DNA from: Delftia acidovorans NBRC 14950 | GTDB lineage: Bacteria > Pseudomonadota > Gammaproteobacteria > Burkholderiales > Burkholderiaceae_C | Assembly: GCF_001598795.1 (NCBI RefSeq) | Contig: NZ_BCZP01000002.1 | Span: forward strand, 120,001-152,000 | Length of the DNA stretch: 32,000 bases | Direction of reading: 5' to 3' | Shown here: positions 23,769-31,689 of the stretch, one piece after another | Numbering within the stretch: the stretch's first letter is position 1 | How the letters are laid out: every line of letters begins with the position of its first letter | Translations under genes and position numbers: made by a program | Notes under the pieces: model-generated | Told to the model about the DNA's origin: nothing | Seen by the model: the letters and a program-made list of their open reading frames with translations, nothing else | Database searches by the model: none

Positions 23769-25444
23769 TGGATGTCTCCCATCAAAATCTGTTTTTCGCG
23801 CTCCACGGCGCGGCGGTAGTCGTGGACCTGTTGCGCGACCTGCGCGGGTGTCAGTCCCAGTTCATCGGCCAGGATGTCGCCCACGCGCTGCGCGGCGTGG
23901 GCCGAGGCATCGCGCGCCATGAGGCGGGCGCGCAGGCGGCGCGAGAGCACGTCGTCCACGCTGGCCGCCATTTCGTGGCGCACGGCGTAGAGGACTTCGG
24001 CCTCGGTATGGGGCAGGCCCTGCACGATGGGCCGGGCCAGTTCGGGCCGCACGGCCAGCAGGTCGCTGACGAAGCGCGCCTCCGTGCCGTAGCGCTCGCC
24101 CAGGTGGGCCGAGAGGCCGCCCGTGGCCGTGATGGCCTGGGCGTCGTAGCCGGCCGCGCCCAGCACAAAGGCCGAGGTGGTGGTGCAGCGCGTGCGCCGG
24201 CCCAGCAGCTTTTCCACGGCGTCCACGGTCTGCTCGGCCATGTGGCGCGAGGTGGTGAGCTTGCCGCCCACGATGGTGACCAGGCCGTCGGCCGCCACAT
24301 GGATTTCGTGGTTGCGCTTCATCTCCACGGTCTTGCCGCCGGGCGGGCCGACCAGGGGGCGGCAGCCGGCGATGGAGCCGACCACGTCCTCGGGCGACAG
24401 GTCCACCCTGAGTGCGGAGCGCGCGCCTTCCAACAGAAAGTCCAGCTCGGCGCGCGTGCAGTGCACATCGTCCAGGCCGCCTGCGTAGTCCTCGTCGGTG
24501 GTGCCCAGGTAGGAGACATCGCCCCAGCGCGTGATGGTGGCGCGCCGGCTGCGGCCCGGCACGGGAATGGTGACGGTGCAGTCGTTGCGTATGCGCAGCC
24601 AGGGAATGGCCACGTGCACGCCCTTGGCGGGGCGCACGTGCAGCCGGGGCTCCTGGCCGGGCTTGCGGCCATCCCAGTCGCGCAGCCACACGCCCGTGGC
24701 CATGACCACGCTGCGCGCGCGCACCGTGATCTCGCGGCCATCGGCCTGGACGATGGCGCCATCCACGCGGCCGTGGGCGTTGCGCGTGACGGCGGTGGCC
24801 TGGCAGTGGTTGAGCACGGCCGCGCCATGGAAGGCCGCGGTGCGCGCCACGGCCAGCGTGAGCCGCGCATCGTCCACGCGCGCGTCGAAGTACATGTAGC
24901 CGCCCAGGAGCTGCTCTTCGCGAAAGCTCGGGCAGTGCGACAGCACCTCGGCCTTGCCGAGCTTGCGGTGCAGGATGCCTTCGCGCCAGCCGCCGGCCAG
25001 GTCGTAGGTCCACAGCAGGCTGCCGAAGGCCTTGGCCAGGCGGGCGTCGAAGACGCCGTCGCGCTCCATCACGGGAAACAGGAAGGGCAGGCGCTGCACC
25101 AGGTGCCGCGCATTGCGGCGCAGGCGCTGGCGCTCCAGCAGCGAGTGCCGCACCAGTCCCAGGTTGCCCTGCTCGATGTAGCGCAGGCCGCCGTGCACCA
25201 TCTTGGAGGACTTGGACGAGGTGCCCGAGGCGAAGTCGTCCTTCTCCACCAGCGCCACGCGCAGGCCGCGCAGGCTGGCGTCCAGCGCCGCATAGGCGCC
25301 GGTGATGCCGCCGCCGATGACCAGCAGGTCGAAGGCCTCGTCACCCAGCCGCGCGAGCTGGTCCGCGTGCTGCAGCTGCAGCGGCGCGGTCTGGGTCAGT
25401 GCGGCGCTGTCCCTGCGCTCCTTGCCAAAGGGCCATTGCATCAT
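23762..25444 (-). CDS. glpD: FAD-dependent glycerol-3-phosphate dehydrogenase/oxidase family protein (GlpD-like)
   Basis: 560 aa from MMQWPF (ATG 25444). The motif DLLVIGGGITGAYAALDASLRGLRVALVEKDDFASGTSSKSSKMVHGGLRYIEQ matches the GlpD N-terminal FAD motif. The start overlaps the kinase stop (ATGA). The 750-aa ORF extension was rejected. Confidence 0.88.
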   Translation of the reverse strand: MMQWPFGKERRDSAALTQTAPLQLQHADQLARLGDEAFDLLVIGGGITGAYAALDASLRGLRVALVEKDDFASGTSSKSSKMVHGGLRYIEQGNLGLVRHSLLERQRLRRNARHLVQRLPFLFPVMERDGVFDARLAKAFGSLLWTYDLAGGWREGILHRKLGKAEVLSHCPSFREEQLLGGYMYFDARVDDARLTLAVARTAAFHGAAVLNHCQATAVTRNAHGRVDGAIVQADGREITVRARSVVMATGVWLRDWDGRKPGQEPRLHVRPAKGVHVAIPWLRIRNDCTVTIPVPGRSRRATITRWGDVSYLGTTDEDYAGGLDDVHCTRAELDFLLEGARSALRVDLSPEDVVGSIAGCRPLVGPPGGKTVEMKRNHEIHVAADGLVTIVGGKLTTSRHMAEQTVDAVEKLLGRRTRCTTTSAFVLGAAGYDAQAITATGGLSAHLGERYGTEARFVSDLLAVRPELARPIVQGLPHTEAEVLYAVRHEMAASVDDVLSRRLRARLMARDASAHAAQRVGDILADELGLTPAQVAQQVHDYRRAVEREKQILMGDIQC

Positions 25445-26982
25445 GCGCAGCCCTCCAGGGCGGCGCTGCGGCCGGGGGCCCGGGCGCGGGCCAGTTCGTC
25501 GCCCACGCGGGCGCGCCAGATGCGGCGGCGCTCGCCGCGCTCGTCGGCGGCCATGCGCGGGGTGAAGACCGCTTCGGTGCGCAGCGTGGCGCAGGCCTGT
25601 TCCAGCCCGTCCCACAGCAGGCCTGCGCTGCCGGCCATGAAGGCGATGCCGCGCAGGCTGGCCTTGTCGGTATCGGCCAGGCGTCGCACGGGCAGGCCGC
25701 CCAGGTCGGCCTGGATCTGCAGCAGCGCATCGCTGCCCGACAGTCCTCCGCCCACCAGCAGCTCGCCCACCTCGGTGCCCGAGGCCGCCTCGTCCGCCTG
25801 CACGCAGGAGGCCACGGAATGCGCAATGCCTTCGAGGATGGAGCGCGCCAGCTGCGGCCGCGAGGTGGCCATGGACACGCCCGAGATCGAGGCCCGCGCG
25901 CCCGGCTCCATGGCCGGCAGGCGCAGGCCGGTGAGCGCGGGGATGAAGACCAGGTCGGCCGGCGTCTCGGCCTCGCGGGCCAGGGTGCTGATCTGCTGCG
26001 GGTTGTCGAACCACTGCAGCTTCTCGCAGATCCAGTTGAGCGCCGAGCCAGTGGTGGGCACATAGGTCTCGATGGCATAGCGCGAGACACCGCCCATGCG
26101 CCGCGCCGTCATGGTCAGCGAGCTTTCATGGGCCGCGTCATGCGCGGGCAGCTTTGTTCCCGTGAGCACATCGACAAAGCTGCCCGTGCCATGCACGCAC
26201 AGCGCCTGGCCCCGCTCCAGGCAGCCCAGGCCCACGGCGGCCGCATGCTGGTCGCCTGCGCAGGCCAGGATGGGCACGGCCAGGCCCAGCAGCTCGGTGC
26301 GCGTGCGGCCAAAGTCCTGCACGTCCTCGCACAGGCGGGGCAGCAGCTCGGCGGGAAACTCCAGCGCGTCCAGCCAGTCCTGCAGGTAGCGGTGATCGCC
26401 CAGCGCATAGGCATTGCCCGAGGTCACATTGGTGGGCGTGGTGACCACGGCGCGCGCATCCGACAGATGCCACAGCAGCCAGGAGTCGATGGTGCCGAAG
26501 GCCAGGCGGCGCTGCTGCCAGGCACGGGCCACGGCCGCATCCTCACGCAGCTTGCGCGCAGCCCACAGGTAGGGCGAACGCACGCCCACGGGCCGGCCCG
26601 CGTGGCGGATCAGCCGGGCATCCCAGTCGCCGGCCAGCAGGGCCAGTTCGTCGCGGTGGCGCGAGTCCTGCCAGACCATGATGGGCGCCAGCGACCGGCC
26701 CGTGGCCGTGTCCCAAAGCACGGCCGAGCAGCGCTGGTTGGCAATGGCCAGGGCCACGATCTGCTGGCCGCAGCCCTGGGCGCGGGCGATGGCGCGGCGG
26801 CACACGTCCAGCGTGCGCTCCAGCAGCAGGTCGGCGTCCTGCTCGACCACGCCGGGGCGCGGGCAGTGGATTTCCAGCGGCAGATAGTCCTGGGCGGACA
26901 CCTGCCCGTCGCGTCCCACGACGGCGGCGCGCGTGCCCGAGGTGCCTTCGTCGATGCAAAGGATCACGGCTTCATGGTGCAT
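25441..26982 (-). CDS. FGGY-family carbohydrate kinase, glycerol-kinase-like but divergent
   Basis: 513 aa. GlpK-like motifs are CIDEGTSGTRAAVV, FGTIDSWLLWHL, CAGDQHAAAVG and GGLSGSDALLQIQADL. The highly conserved GlpK NQRET segment reads NQRCS here. Confidence 0.8.
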   Translation of the reverse strand: MHHEAVILCIDEGTSGTRAAVVGRDGQVSAQDYLPLEIHCPRPGVVEQDADLLLERTLDVCRRAIARAQGCGQQIVALAIANQRCSAVLWDTATGRSLAPIMVWQDSRHRDELALLAGDWDARLIRHAGRPVGVRSPYLWAARKLREDAAVARAWQQRRLAFGTIDSWLLWHLSDARAVVTTPTNVTSGNAYALGDHRYLQDWLDALEFPAELLPRLCEDVQDFGRTRTELLGLAVPILACAGDQHAAAVGLGCLERGQALCVHGTGSFVDVLTGTKLPAHDAAHESSLTMTARRMGGVSRYAIETYVPTTGSALNWICEKLQWFDNPQQISTLAREAETPADLVFIPALTGLRLPAMEPGARASISGVSMATSRPQLARSILEGIAHSVASCVQADEAASGTEVGELLVGGGLSGSDALLQIQADLGGLPVRRLADTDKASLRGIAFMAGSAGLLWDGLEQACATLRTEAVFTPRMAADERGERRRIWRARVGDELARARAPGRSAALEGCA

Positions 26983-26995
26983 GGGGTGGTCTCTT

Positions 26996-28444
26996 TCAGG
27001 CGGTGGTTTGAGCGACCTTGGCGGGCGGGGCGGCGTCGTCCGCGAACTGGGGCGCGCCGGGCTCGTCGTCGGGGTTCACGGTGGTGCGCGTGGGGTCCCA
27101 GCGGATGGAAAAGCAGACGATGCTGGCCAGCAGCGGCACCACGGACAGGATGAGGAAGGTGTTCTCCAGCCCGTACTGCTGGCGGAACAGCGGGAACACC
27201 AGCAGCCCCAGCGCCGCGCCCATGGCGCCCAGCGCGCCGATCACGCCGTTGGCGCCCGCGCGCAGCTCGCTGCGGAACGACAGCGTGGACAGGCTCTTGC
27301 CGTTGGCGCCGGGTCCGCCCGAGTGAAAGAGGATGAACAGCGAGGGCACGGCCACGGCCAGCCAGATGGGCATGCGGCCGTTGAACAGGCCCAGCACCAG
27401 CAGCATCAGGAACACCAGCGCAAAGCCGAAGGCCGAGGCCCGCCGCAGGCCCAGCCGGCGCCCGATGACGGGCGACAGGAAGCCGCCGACGATGCCGAAC
27501 ACGTTGAACACCAGCGCGCCCAGCGTGGCCTCGCGGAAGTCCTTGCCGAACAGCGAGGCGCTGATCAGCGGCAGGTACCAGCCCACGGCAAAGTACTGGA
27601 TGGACTGGCCTATCTGCACCGTGGCCGCCAGCAGCGTGCGCGGCAGGTAGATGCCGCGAAAGATCAGCAGCACATTGGCCAGGCCGCGCCGGGCCGGGTT
27701 GAGCACGGGCAGGCGCTCGGCAAGGGGCGCTGCCCTGAAGGTCTGGCCATAGATGCGCGTCATGGCGCGGGCCGCGTCATCAAGCCGCTCCTTGCGTGCC
27801 AGCCAGGTCGGGCTTTCCACCAGCAGCGCGGCCTGCATGCCCAGGATGAACACGCCGAACACGGCGGTGGCCGCGACCGAGTAGCGCCACAGCGAATCGC
27901 CCACGTCCCAGGAGTGGAACCACAGCGCCAGCACGAGGTTGCTGCACACGGCCATGTACCACATGCCCTGCCAGACATTGAGCCGGCTCTTGAGGCGGGC
28001 GGGCGTGAATTCGGCCAGCACCGCCATGGCGATGGCGAAGTCGATGCCATAGGCCGCGCCCACGAAGAAGCGGCCGAAGAGGATGGTGGCGTAGTCGGGC
28101 GCCATGCTGACCAGCAGCGCGCCGGCCACGGCCAGCACCTTGGCGATGACCAGCGGGCGCATGCGGCCCCAGCGGTCGGCCATCCAGCCGCCGATGGGGT
28201 TGAAGGCGATGGACACCCAGGAGGCCAGCGACGTCATCCAGGCCACCTCGGCCGGCGTGAGCTGCTGGTCGCGCGTCATGGGCCCCAGGCCCACGCTGAG
28301 CGCGGAGTTGGAAAAGGCGTCGAGGAAAAGGCCGCCGAGTGCCAGCCACCAGATGGTGCCGGCGCGGCCTGAAATGCCCTGGCGTGCGTCGATGTACGAG
28401 ATGACATCCTGAACGCCACGAATGCTGTGGCCTGTGGTTTGCAT
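26996..28444 (-). CDS. MFS transporter, sugar-porter family (substrate unknown; polyol/sugar type)
   Basis: 482 aa from ATG 28444, with the strong SD AGGAGG 6 nt upstream. It has 12 TM helices. Sugar-porter motifs are GWMADRWGRMRP, VESPTWLARKERLDDAARAM and VIGRRLGLRRA. It is the first gene of the operon. Confidence 0.8.
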   Translation of the reverse strand: MQTTGHSIRGVQDVISYIDARQGISGRAGTIWWLALGGLFLDAFSNSALSVGLGPMTRDQQLTPAEVAWMTSLASWVSIAFNPIGGWMADRWGRMRPLVIAKVLAVAGALLVSMAPDYATILFGRFFVGAAYGIDFAIAMAVLAEFTPARLKSRLNVWQGMWYMAVCSNLVLALWFHSWDVGDSLWRYSVAATAVFGVFILGMQAALLVESPTWLARKERLDDAARAMTRIYGQTFRAAPLAERLPVLNPARRGLANVLLIFRGIYLPRTLLAATVQIGQSIQYFAVGWYLPLISASLFGKDFREATLGALVFNVFGIVGGFLSPVIGRRLGLRRASAFGFALVFLMLLVLGLFNGRMPIWLAVAVPSLFILFHSGGPGANGKSLSTLSFRSELRAGANGVIGALGAMGAALGLLVFPLFRQQYGLENTFLILSVVPLLASIVCFSIRWDPTRTTVNPDDEPGAPQFADDAAPPAKVAQTTA

Positions 28445-28496
28445 CGCTGCCTCCTGGTTGTCTGCAAGAGGCCGGCGCACACCACACAGGCGTGAC

Positions 28497-28519
28497 AAGA
28501 CCATCTCACAGATGGTCTT
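28497..28519. promoter_or_regulatory. Perfect 10-bp-arm palindrome/hairpin in the leader of the MFS-kinase-glpD operon
   Basis: The sequence is AAGACCATCT-cac-AGATGGTCTT, with 10 bp arms and a 3-nt spacer. It lies 53-75 nt upstream of the MFS ATG (28444). It is either a protein operator or an RNA stem in the 5' leader. Confidence 0.5.
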
Positions 28520-28710
28520 CAAATCTTGAACCTGTGCCCGGGATTCTAGGAAATAGCAGGGGTTGCGCAGTATCGGTAGAAGCACCAGGGCGAAGGCGCC
28601 GGGCTATCAGGCGCGCTAATAGCAGGCGGCAGGCAGGGCCGGCAAGCATTGGTTTTTCCTGTGGCGCGAACGCTGCGCGTGTTTCACTCTGTTTCTTGAT
28701 CGATAGAAAA

Positions 28711-28739
28711 AGACAATAGGATTTTTCGATTAATTGTCT
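28711..28739. promoter_or_regulatory. Inverted repeat in the AT-rich promoter region of the IPTL-CTERM gene
   Basis: The outer repeat is AGACAAT-N15-ATTGTCT. It is nested with the imperfect repeat ATCGAtaGAAAAA ... TTTTTCGAT (28699-28731). The element lies 29-57 nt upstream of ATG 28768, in the lowest-GC stretch of the window. Confidence 0.4.
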
Positions 28740-28767
28740 AAACAGATGAAATAGAGGGAGGGAACCC

Positions 28768-31080
28768 ATGATGTCAATCAGACGATGGGCAAGGCTGTTG
28801 CTGTGTGCCAGCATGCTTTTGCTGGGCAGTCAGGCAATGGCGCAGAAGATGTTGATGCTGACCACGGACGCGGGCGGGGTGAACTCTTCCGTCGAGGAGT
28901 CCGAGTTCACCAATATGAGAACGGAATTCTCCAACGTGGTGGGAGCAGCCAACGTGACACGGGTGTCCACTCTGTTCACAGCCAATGGCATCAGCGCAGC
29001 CACCTTCAACCCGCCCGGCGGGCCCTACGACATGGTGGTGGTCGCCAGCCACTATCGGGCCATCCATCCCACGAACTGGGCAGTCCTGTCACAGGCCGTG
29101 GCCAATCGCTGGGCCAACAGCGTGCTGTTCTTCGTCGATGGCTATGACGACACGCTGACCAACGACGTGCAGATGCTGGAGCTGCTCAATGCCAATACCG
29201 GGCGGAATTTCACATTGGGCACGAAGGTGGGAGTCTTTCAGAGCTATCCGCTGAATGCCAACTCTGCCTATTCGGGCTCGTTCACCAGTCTCGACCCGGT
29301 CTACGGTGGATTTTTCGACTACATCAACAACGTCCCCGGAGAAAACGTTCTGTACCTGGCGAACGGCACACCCGTTGCCGGCTTCCCGCCTGCGGGCTCC
29401 ACCGCCCTGGTCAATGGCGTCTACGCCTTGCTGGTGCCCGTCGCCCAGTCCAACAATGGCCAGGGCGCCTGCGTCTTTGCCACCGTGGATGTGTCCAGCT
29501 TCCGAGATGCGGACATGACCCTCGCCCGCAACGGCGGCAAGATCGCGCAGGCCTTTGTGCGCGCCGTGACTGATCCGGGTGGTGCCTGCGGCCTGCCCAC
29601 GGTGACCAAGCGCTTTGACAAGACCGATGTGCTGCTGGGCGGCGCCGGCAACACGGCGCAGCTGACCATCGAATTTCAGAATGACACGCTGCAGGACGTG
29701 GCCCATGCCAAGGTCACCGATGCCCTGCCCAGCCCCCTGCTGATCGGCAGCGGTCCCGTCACCCATACCTGCACGGGCGGCACGCTGACCGCGACTGAGG
29801 GCTCCAGCACGGTCAATCTGGATGACTTCGGTATTCCCCACACCACGGGCTGCTCCATCACCGTGCCCGTGGTCTGGCCCAATGACGCGGCAGGCCGCGC
29901 GGCCTGCGCGGACCCTGTGGCACGCACCGTGACCAACATCATCCGGCCCGGTGTGGACTTCACACCCGCAGGTTTGGGCAACAACGCCACGGCCACGCTG
30001 ACCTGCCAGTCCGGCACGCTGGCCGTGGGCAAGACGGTGGCCTGGGCCGCAGGCAGTCAGGCCACGGATCTGACGGGCAGCAGCTTCCCCGTCAGCGTTT
30101 CCTGCACAGGAACGGACGGCATTGTGGTGCCGAGCATTGCCACCAGCGTGACGCTGAGCACGCCCACGGCGGGCGCCGTCTCTGTCACGCCCGTCATCTC
30201 CAGCGGCAGCTGCACGGTGACCGAAACCTCCCGCCCAGCGGCACCGGCCAATCACCAGTGGGTGGAGGTCAGCCCGCCCAGCGGCACCGTGGCCTTGCTG
30301 GCGCCACCTGGCAGTCCTGCCGTGGCCTTGACCAACACGCTGGCGCGCAGCGCCGCATCGATTGCGCTCACCAAGACCGTGGCGGGCGGCCCTGCAGCGG
30401 GCGTAACCGGCAACTTCGACTTCACTGCGAGCTGCGGCGTGGACGGCAACTACACCGGCGCCGTGGCGCTGAGCAATGCCTCGTCGGGAACGGGCGGCAT
30501 CGCCGGTGTTCCGCAAGGCGCGAGCTGCGTGGTCACCGAGAACACGCCTTTGCCTACCGCGCCGGTCAACTACAGCTGGGGCGTCATGCCCGCTGCCGTG
30601 CCGGTGACGGTGGTGGCTTCCGGCAATGCGGCCGCTTTCACCAATACCCTGGTGCGCAGCACCGCTGCCATCAGCCTGACCAAGAACGTCACGGGCGCGC
30701 CTGCAGGCGGCGTGAGCGGCAGCTTTGCCTTCACGGCCAGCTGTGGCGCGAGTGGCAGTTTCACGGGGACCGTGGTGCTGGCCAATGCGACCACGGGCAC
30801 AGGCACTATCACCAACGTGCCCCAAGGCGTGAGTTGCACGGTCAGCGAAAGCACCACGCTGCCTTCGGCACCCGCAGGCCTGGCGTGGGGCAGGATGCCG
30901 GCGGCCGTCACGCTGACGGTGGCGGCCACGGGCAACGCAGCGGCTTTCACCAACGAGCTGACGGCGGCGGCTGGCAATGTGGCAGCCATCCCCACGTTGA
31001 GCCAGTGGGCGCTGATGATGCTGGCCCTGATGCTGGCCGGGATGGCGGCACTTTCGATCAGGGCTGCGTCCAGGGATTGA
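28768..31080 (+). CDS. Secreted surface protein with an unrecognised N-terminal alpha/beta-like domain, a DUF11-like repeat, three Cys-pair Ig-like repeats and an IPTL-CTERM sorting signal
   Basis: 770 aa, with the SD GAGGGAGGG upstream. The signal peptide is MMSIRRWARLLLCASMLLLGSQAMA/QK. A DUF11-like segment reads LTIEFQNDTLQDVAHAKVTDALPSPL. There are tandem repeats of about 103 aa. The C-terminus is AIPTLSQWALMMLALMLAGMAALSIRAASRD, i.e. an IPTL motif, a TM helix and a basic tail. GC content is visibly lower than in the neighbouring genes. Confidence 0.85.
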   Translation: MMSIRRWARLLLCASMLLLGSQAMAQKMLMLTTDAGGVNSSVEESEFTNMRTEFSNVVGAANVTRVSTLFTANGISAATFNPPGGPYDMVVVASHYRAIHPTNWAVLSQAVANRWANSVLFFVDGYDDTLTNDVQMLELLNANTGRNFTLGTKVGVFQSYPLNANSAYSGSFTSLDPVYGGFFDYINNVPGENVLYLANGTPVAGFPPAGSTALVNGVYALLVPVAQSNNGQGACVFATVDVSSFRDADMTLARNGGKIAQAFVRAVTDPGGACGLPTVTKRFDKTDVLLGGAGNTAQLTIEFQNDTLQDVAHAKVTDALPSPLLIGSGPVTHTCTGGTLTATEGSSTVNLDDFGIPHTTGCSITVPVVWPNDAAGRAACADPVARTVTNIIRPGVDFTPAGLGNNATATLTCQSGTLAVGKTVAWAAGSQATDLTGSSFPVSVSCTGTDGIVVPSIATSVTLSTPTAGAVSVTPVISSGSCTVTETSRPAAPANHQWVEVSPPSGTVALLAPPGSPAVALTNTLARSAASIALTKTVAGGPAAGVTGNFDFTASCGVDGNYTGAVALSNASSGTGGIAGVPQGASCVVTENTPLPTAPVNYSWGVMPAAVPVTVVASGNAAAFTNTLVRSTAAISLTKNVTGAPAGGVSGSFAFTASCGASGSFTGTVVLANATTGTGTITNVPQGVSCTVSESTTLPSAPAGLAWGRMPAAVTLTVAATGNAAAFTNELTAAAGNVAAIPTLSQWALMMLALMLAGMAALSIRAASRD
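30019..30966 (+). repeat. Three tandem, diverged domain repeats of about 103-110 codons inside the IPTL-CTERM gene
   Basis: The repeat units are about 30019-30348, 30349-30657 and 30658-30966. Each encodes LTK-V-G...G-F-F-ASCG...G-SC-V-E...A-FTN-L with two conserved Cys. Units 2 and 3 are each exactly 309 nt and appear roughly two-thirds identical at nucleotide level by eye. Confidence 0.8.
30988..31077 (+). other. IPTL-CTERM sorting domain coding segment
   Basis: IPTLSQWALMMLALMLAGMAALSIRAASRD fits the TIGR04174-type pattern: IPTLS-W, a hydrophobic helix and a basic cluster at the extreme C-terminus. Confidence 0.8.
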
Positions 31081-31126
31081 CGGTGGAATGGGGGCTGGGT
31101 CCGCCCAGCCCAAAGCCCAATGAAAA

Positions 31127-31161
31127 AGCCGGAAATGCTCATCGCATTCCCGGCTTTCTTA
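31127..31161. terminator. Bidirectional rho-independent terminator between the convergent IPTL-CTERM and DUF3567 genes
   Basis: AGCCGGAAATGC-tcatc-GCATTCCCGGCT forms a 12-bp stem with 1 mismatch. It is flanked by AAAAA on the 5' side and TTCTT on the 3' side. Confidence 0.7.
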
Positions 31162-31190
31162 TGGGTTGGAGGGAGGTGAAAAGCGCGGCG

Positions 31191-31484
31191 TCAGTGGACC
31201 ACGACAGGCTGCTGGGCCAGGCCGGCGTAGCGCTCCAGCGCGTCTTCCACCTCTTCCTCGGTGGGGGCGTCGAGCTGCCAGGCAATGATCTGCTTTTGGA
31301 ACATCTCGGCCCAGGAACCGTCCAGGTAGACCTCCTTGCCCGAGCGCTTGTCCACGATCTCGAAGCCGTGGCGTGGCAGTTGGCGGGCGGTGTCGACTGC
31401 CTCATTGCCAGCCGTTGCATCCGGATCCATGTCGGGACGCAGATGGAGCACCACAAAAGATTCGGAGTCGTAAAGCATTTGCAT
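31191..31484 (-). CDS. DUF3567-family small protein
   Basis: 97 aa from MQMLYDSESF (ATG 31484). The pattern FEIVDKRSGKEVYLDGSWAEMF...EEEVEDALERYAGLAQQPVVVH resembles the Burkholderiales DUF3567 family as recalled from memory. The 109-aa extension is not needed. Confidence 0.6.
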   Translation of the reverse strand: MQMLYDSESFVVLHLRPDMDPDATAGNEAVDTARQLPRHGFEIVDKRSGKEVYLDGSWAEMFQKQIIAWQLDAPTEEEVEDALERYAGLAQQPVVVH

Positions 31485-31689
31485 GGTGTTCCCTTTCTGG
31501 CCCGTTGCCGGGCGTCGCACAGCCTACATGGCTGCGAAGCGCCGGATTTCAAGAACCGTGGGGGTCCCGATCTATCACAGGCACTTGCATGCAGTATTCC
31601 ACGGATTGGCATGCGCGGCGGCGTGCGCCACAGGCCGCGGTGTGGTAGGCGGGCGGCAGCGGTGCCTGCAAGTGCCGGCCTACCCGCGA

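Noticed and set aside
23762-26014. A 750-aa version of the GlpD ORF, plus the 529-aa version of the MFS ORF (26996-28585) and the 6060 start for narK1.
   Set aside because: These extensions overlap neighbouring genes or run into intergenic leader sequence, and they lack SD sequences. The internal starts at 25444, 28444 and 6120 have SDs or stop-start overlaps and give family-typical N-termini.
31373-31648. A 91-aa plus-strand ORF in the DUF3567/DUF3108 spacer.
   Set aside because: It overlaps the DUF3567 gene in antisense. It has a Cys/Arg/Pro/Trp-rich implausible composition and no SD.
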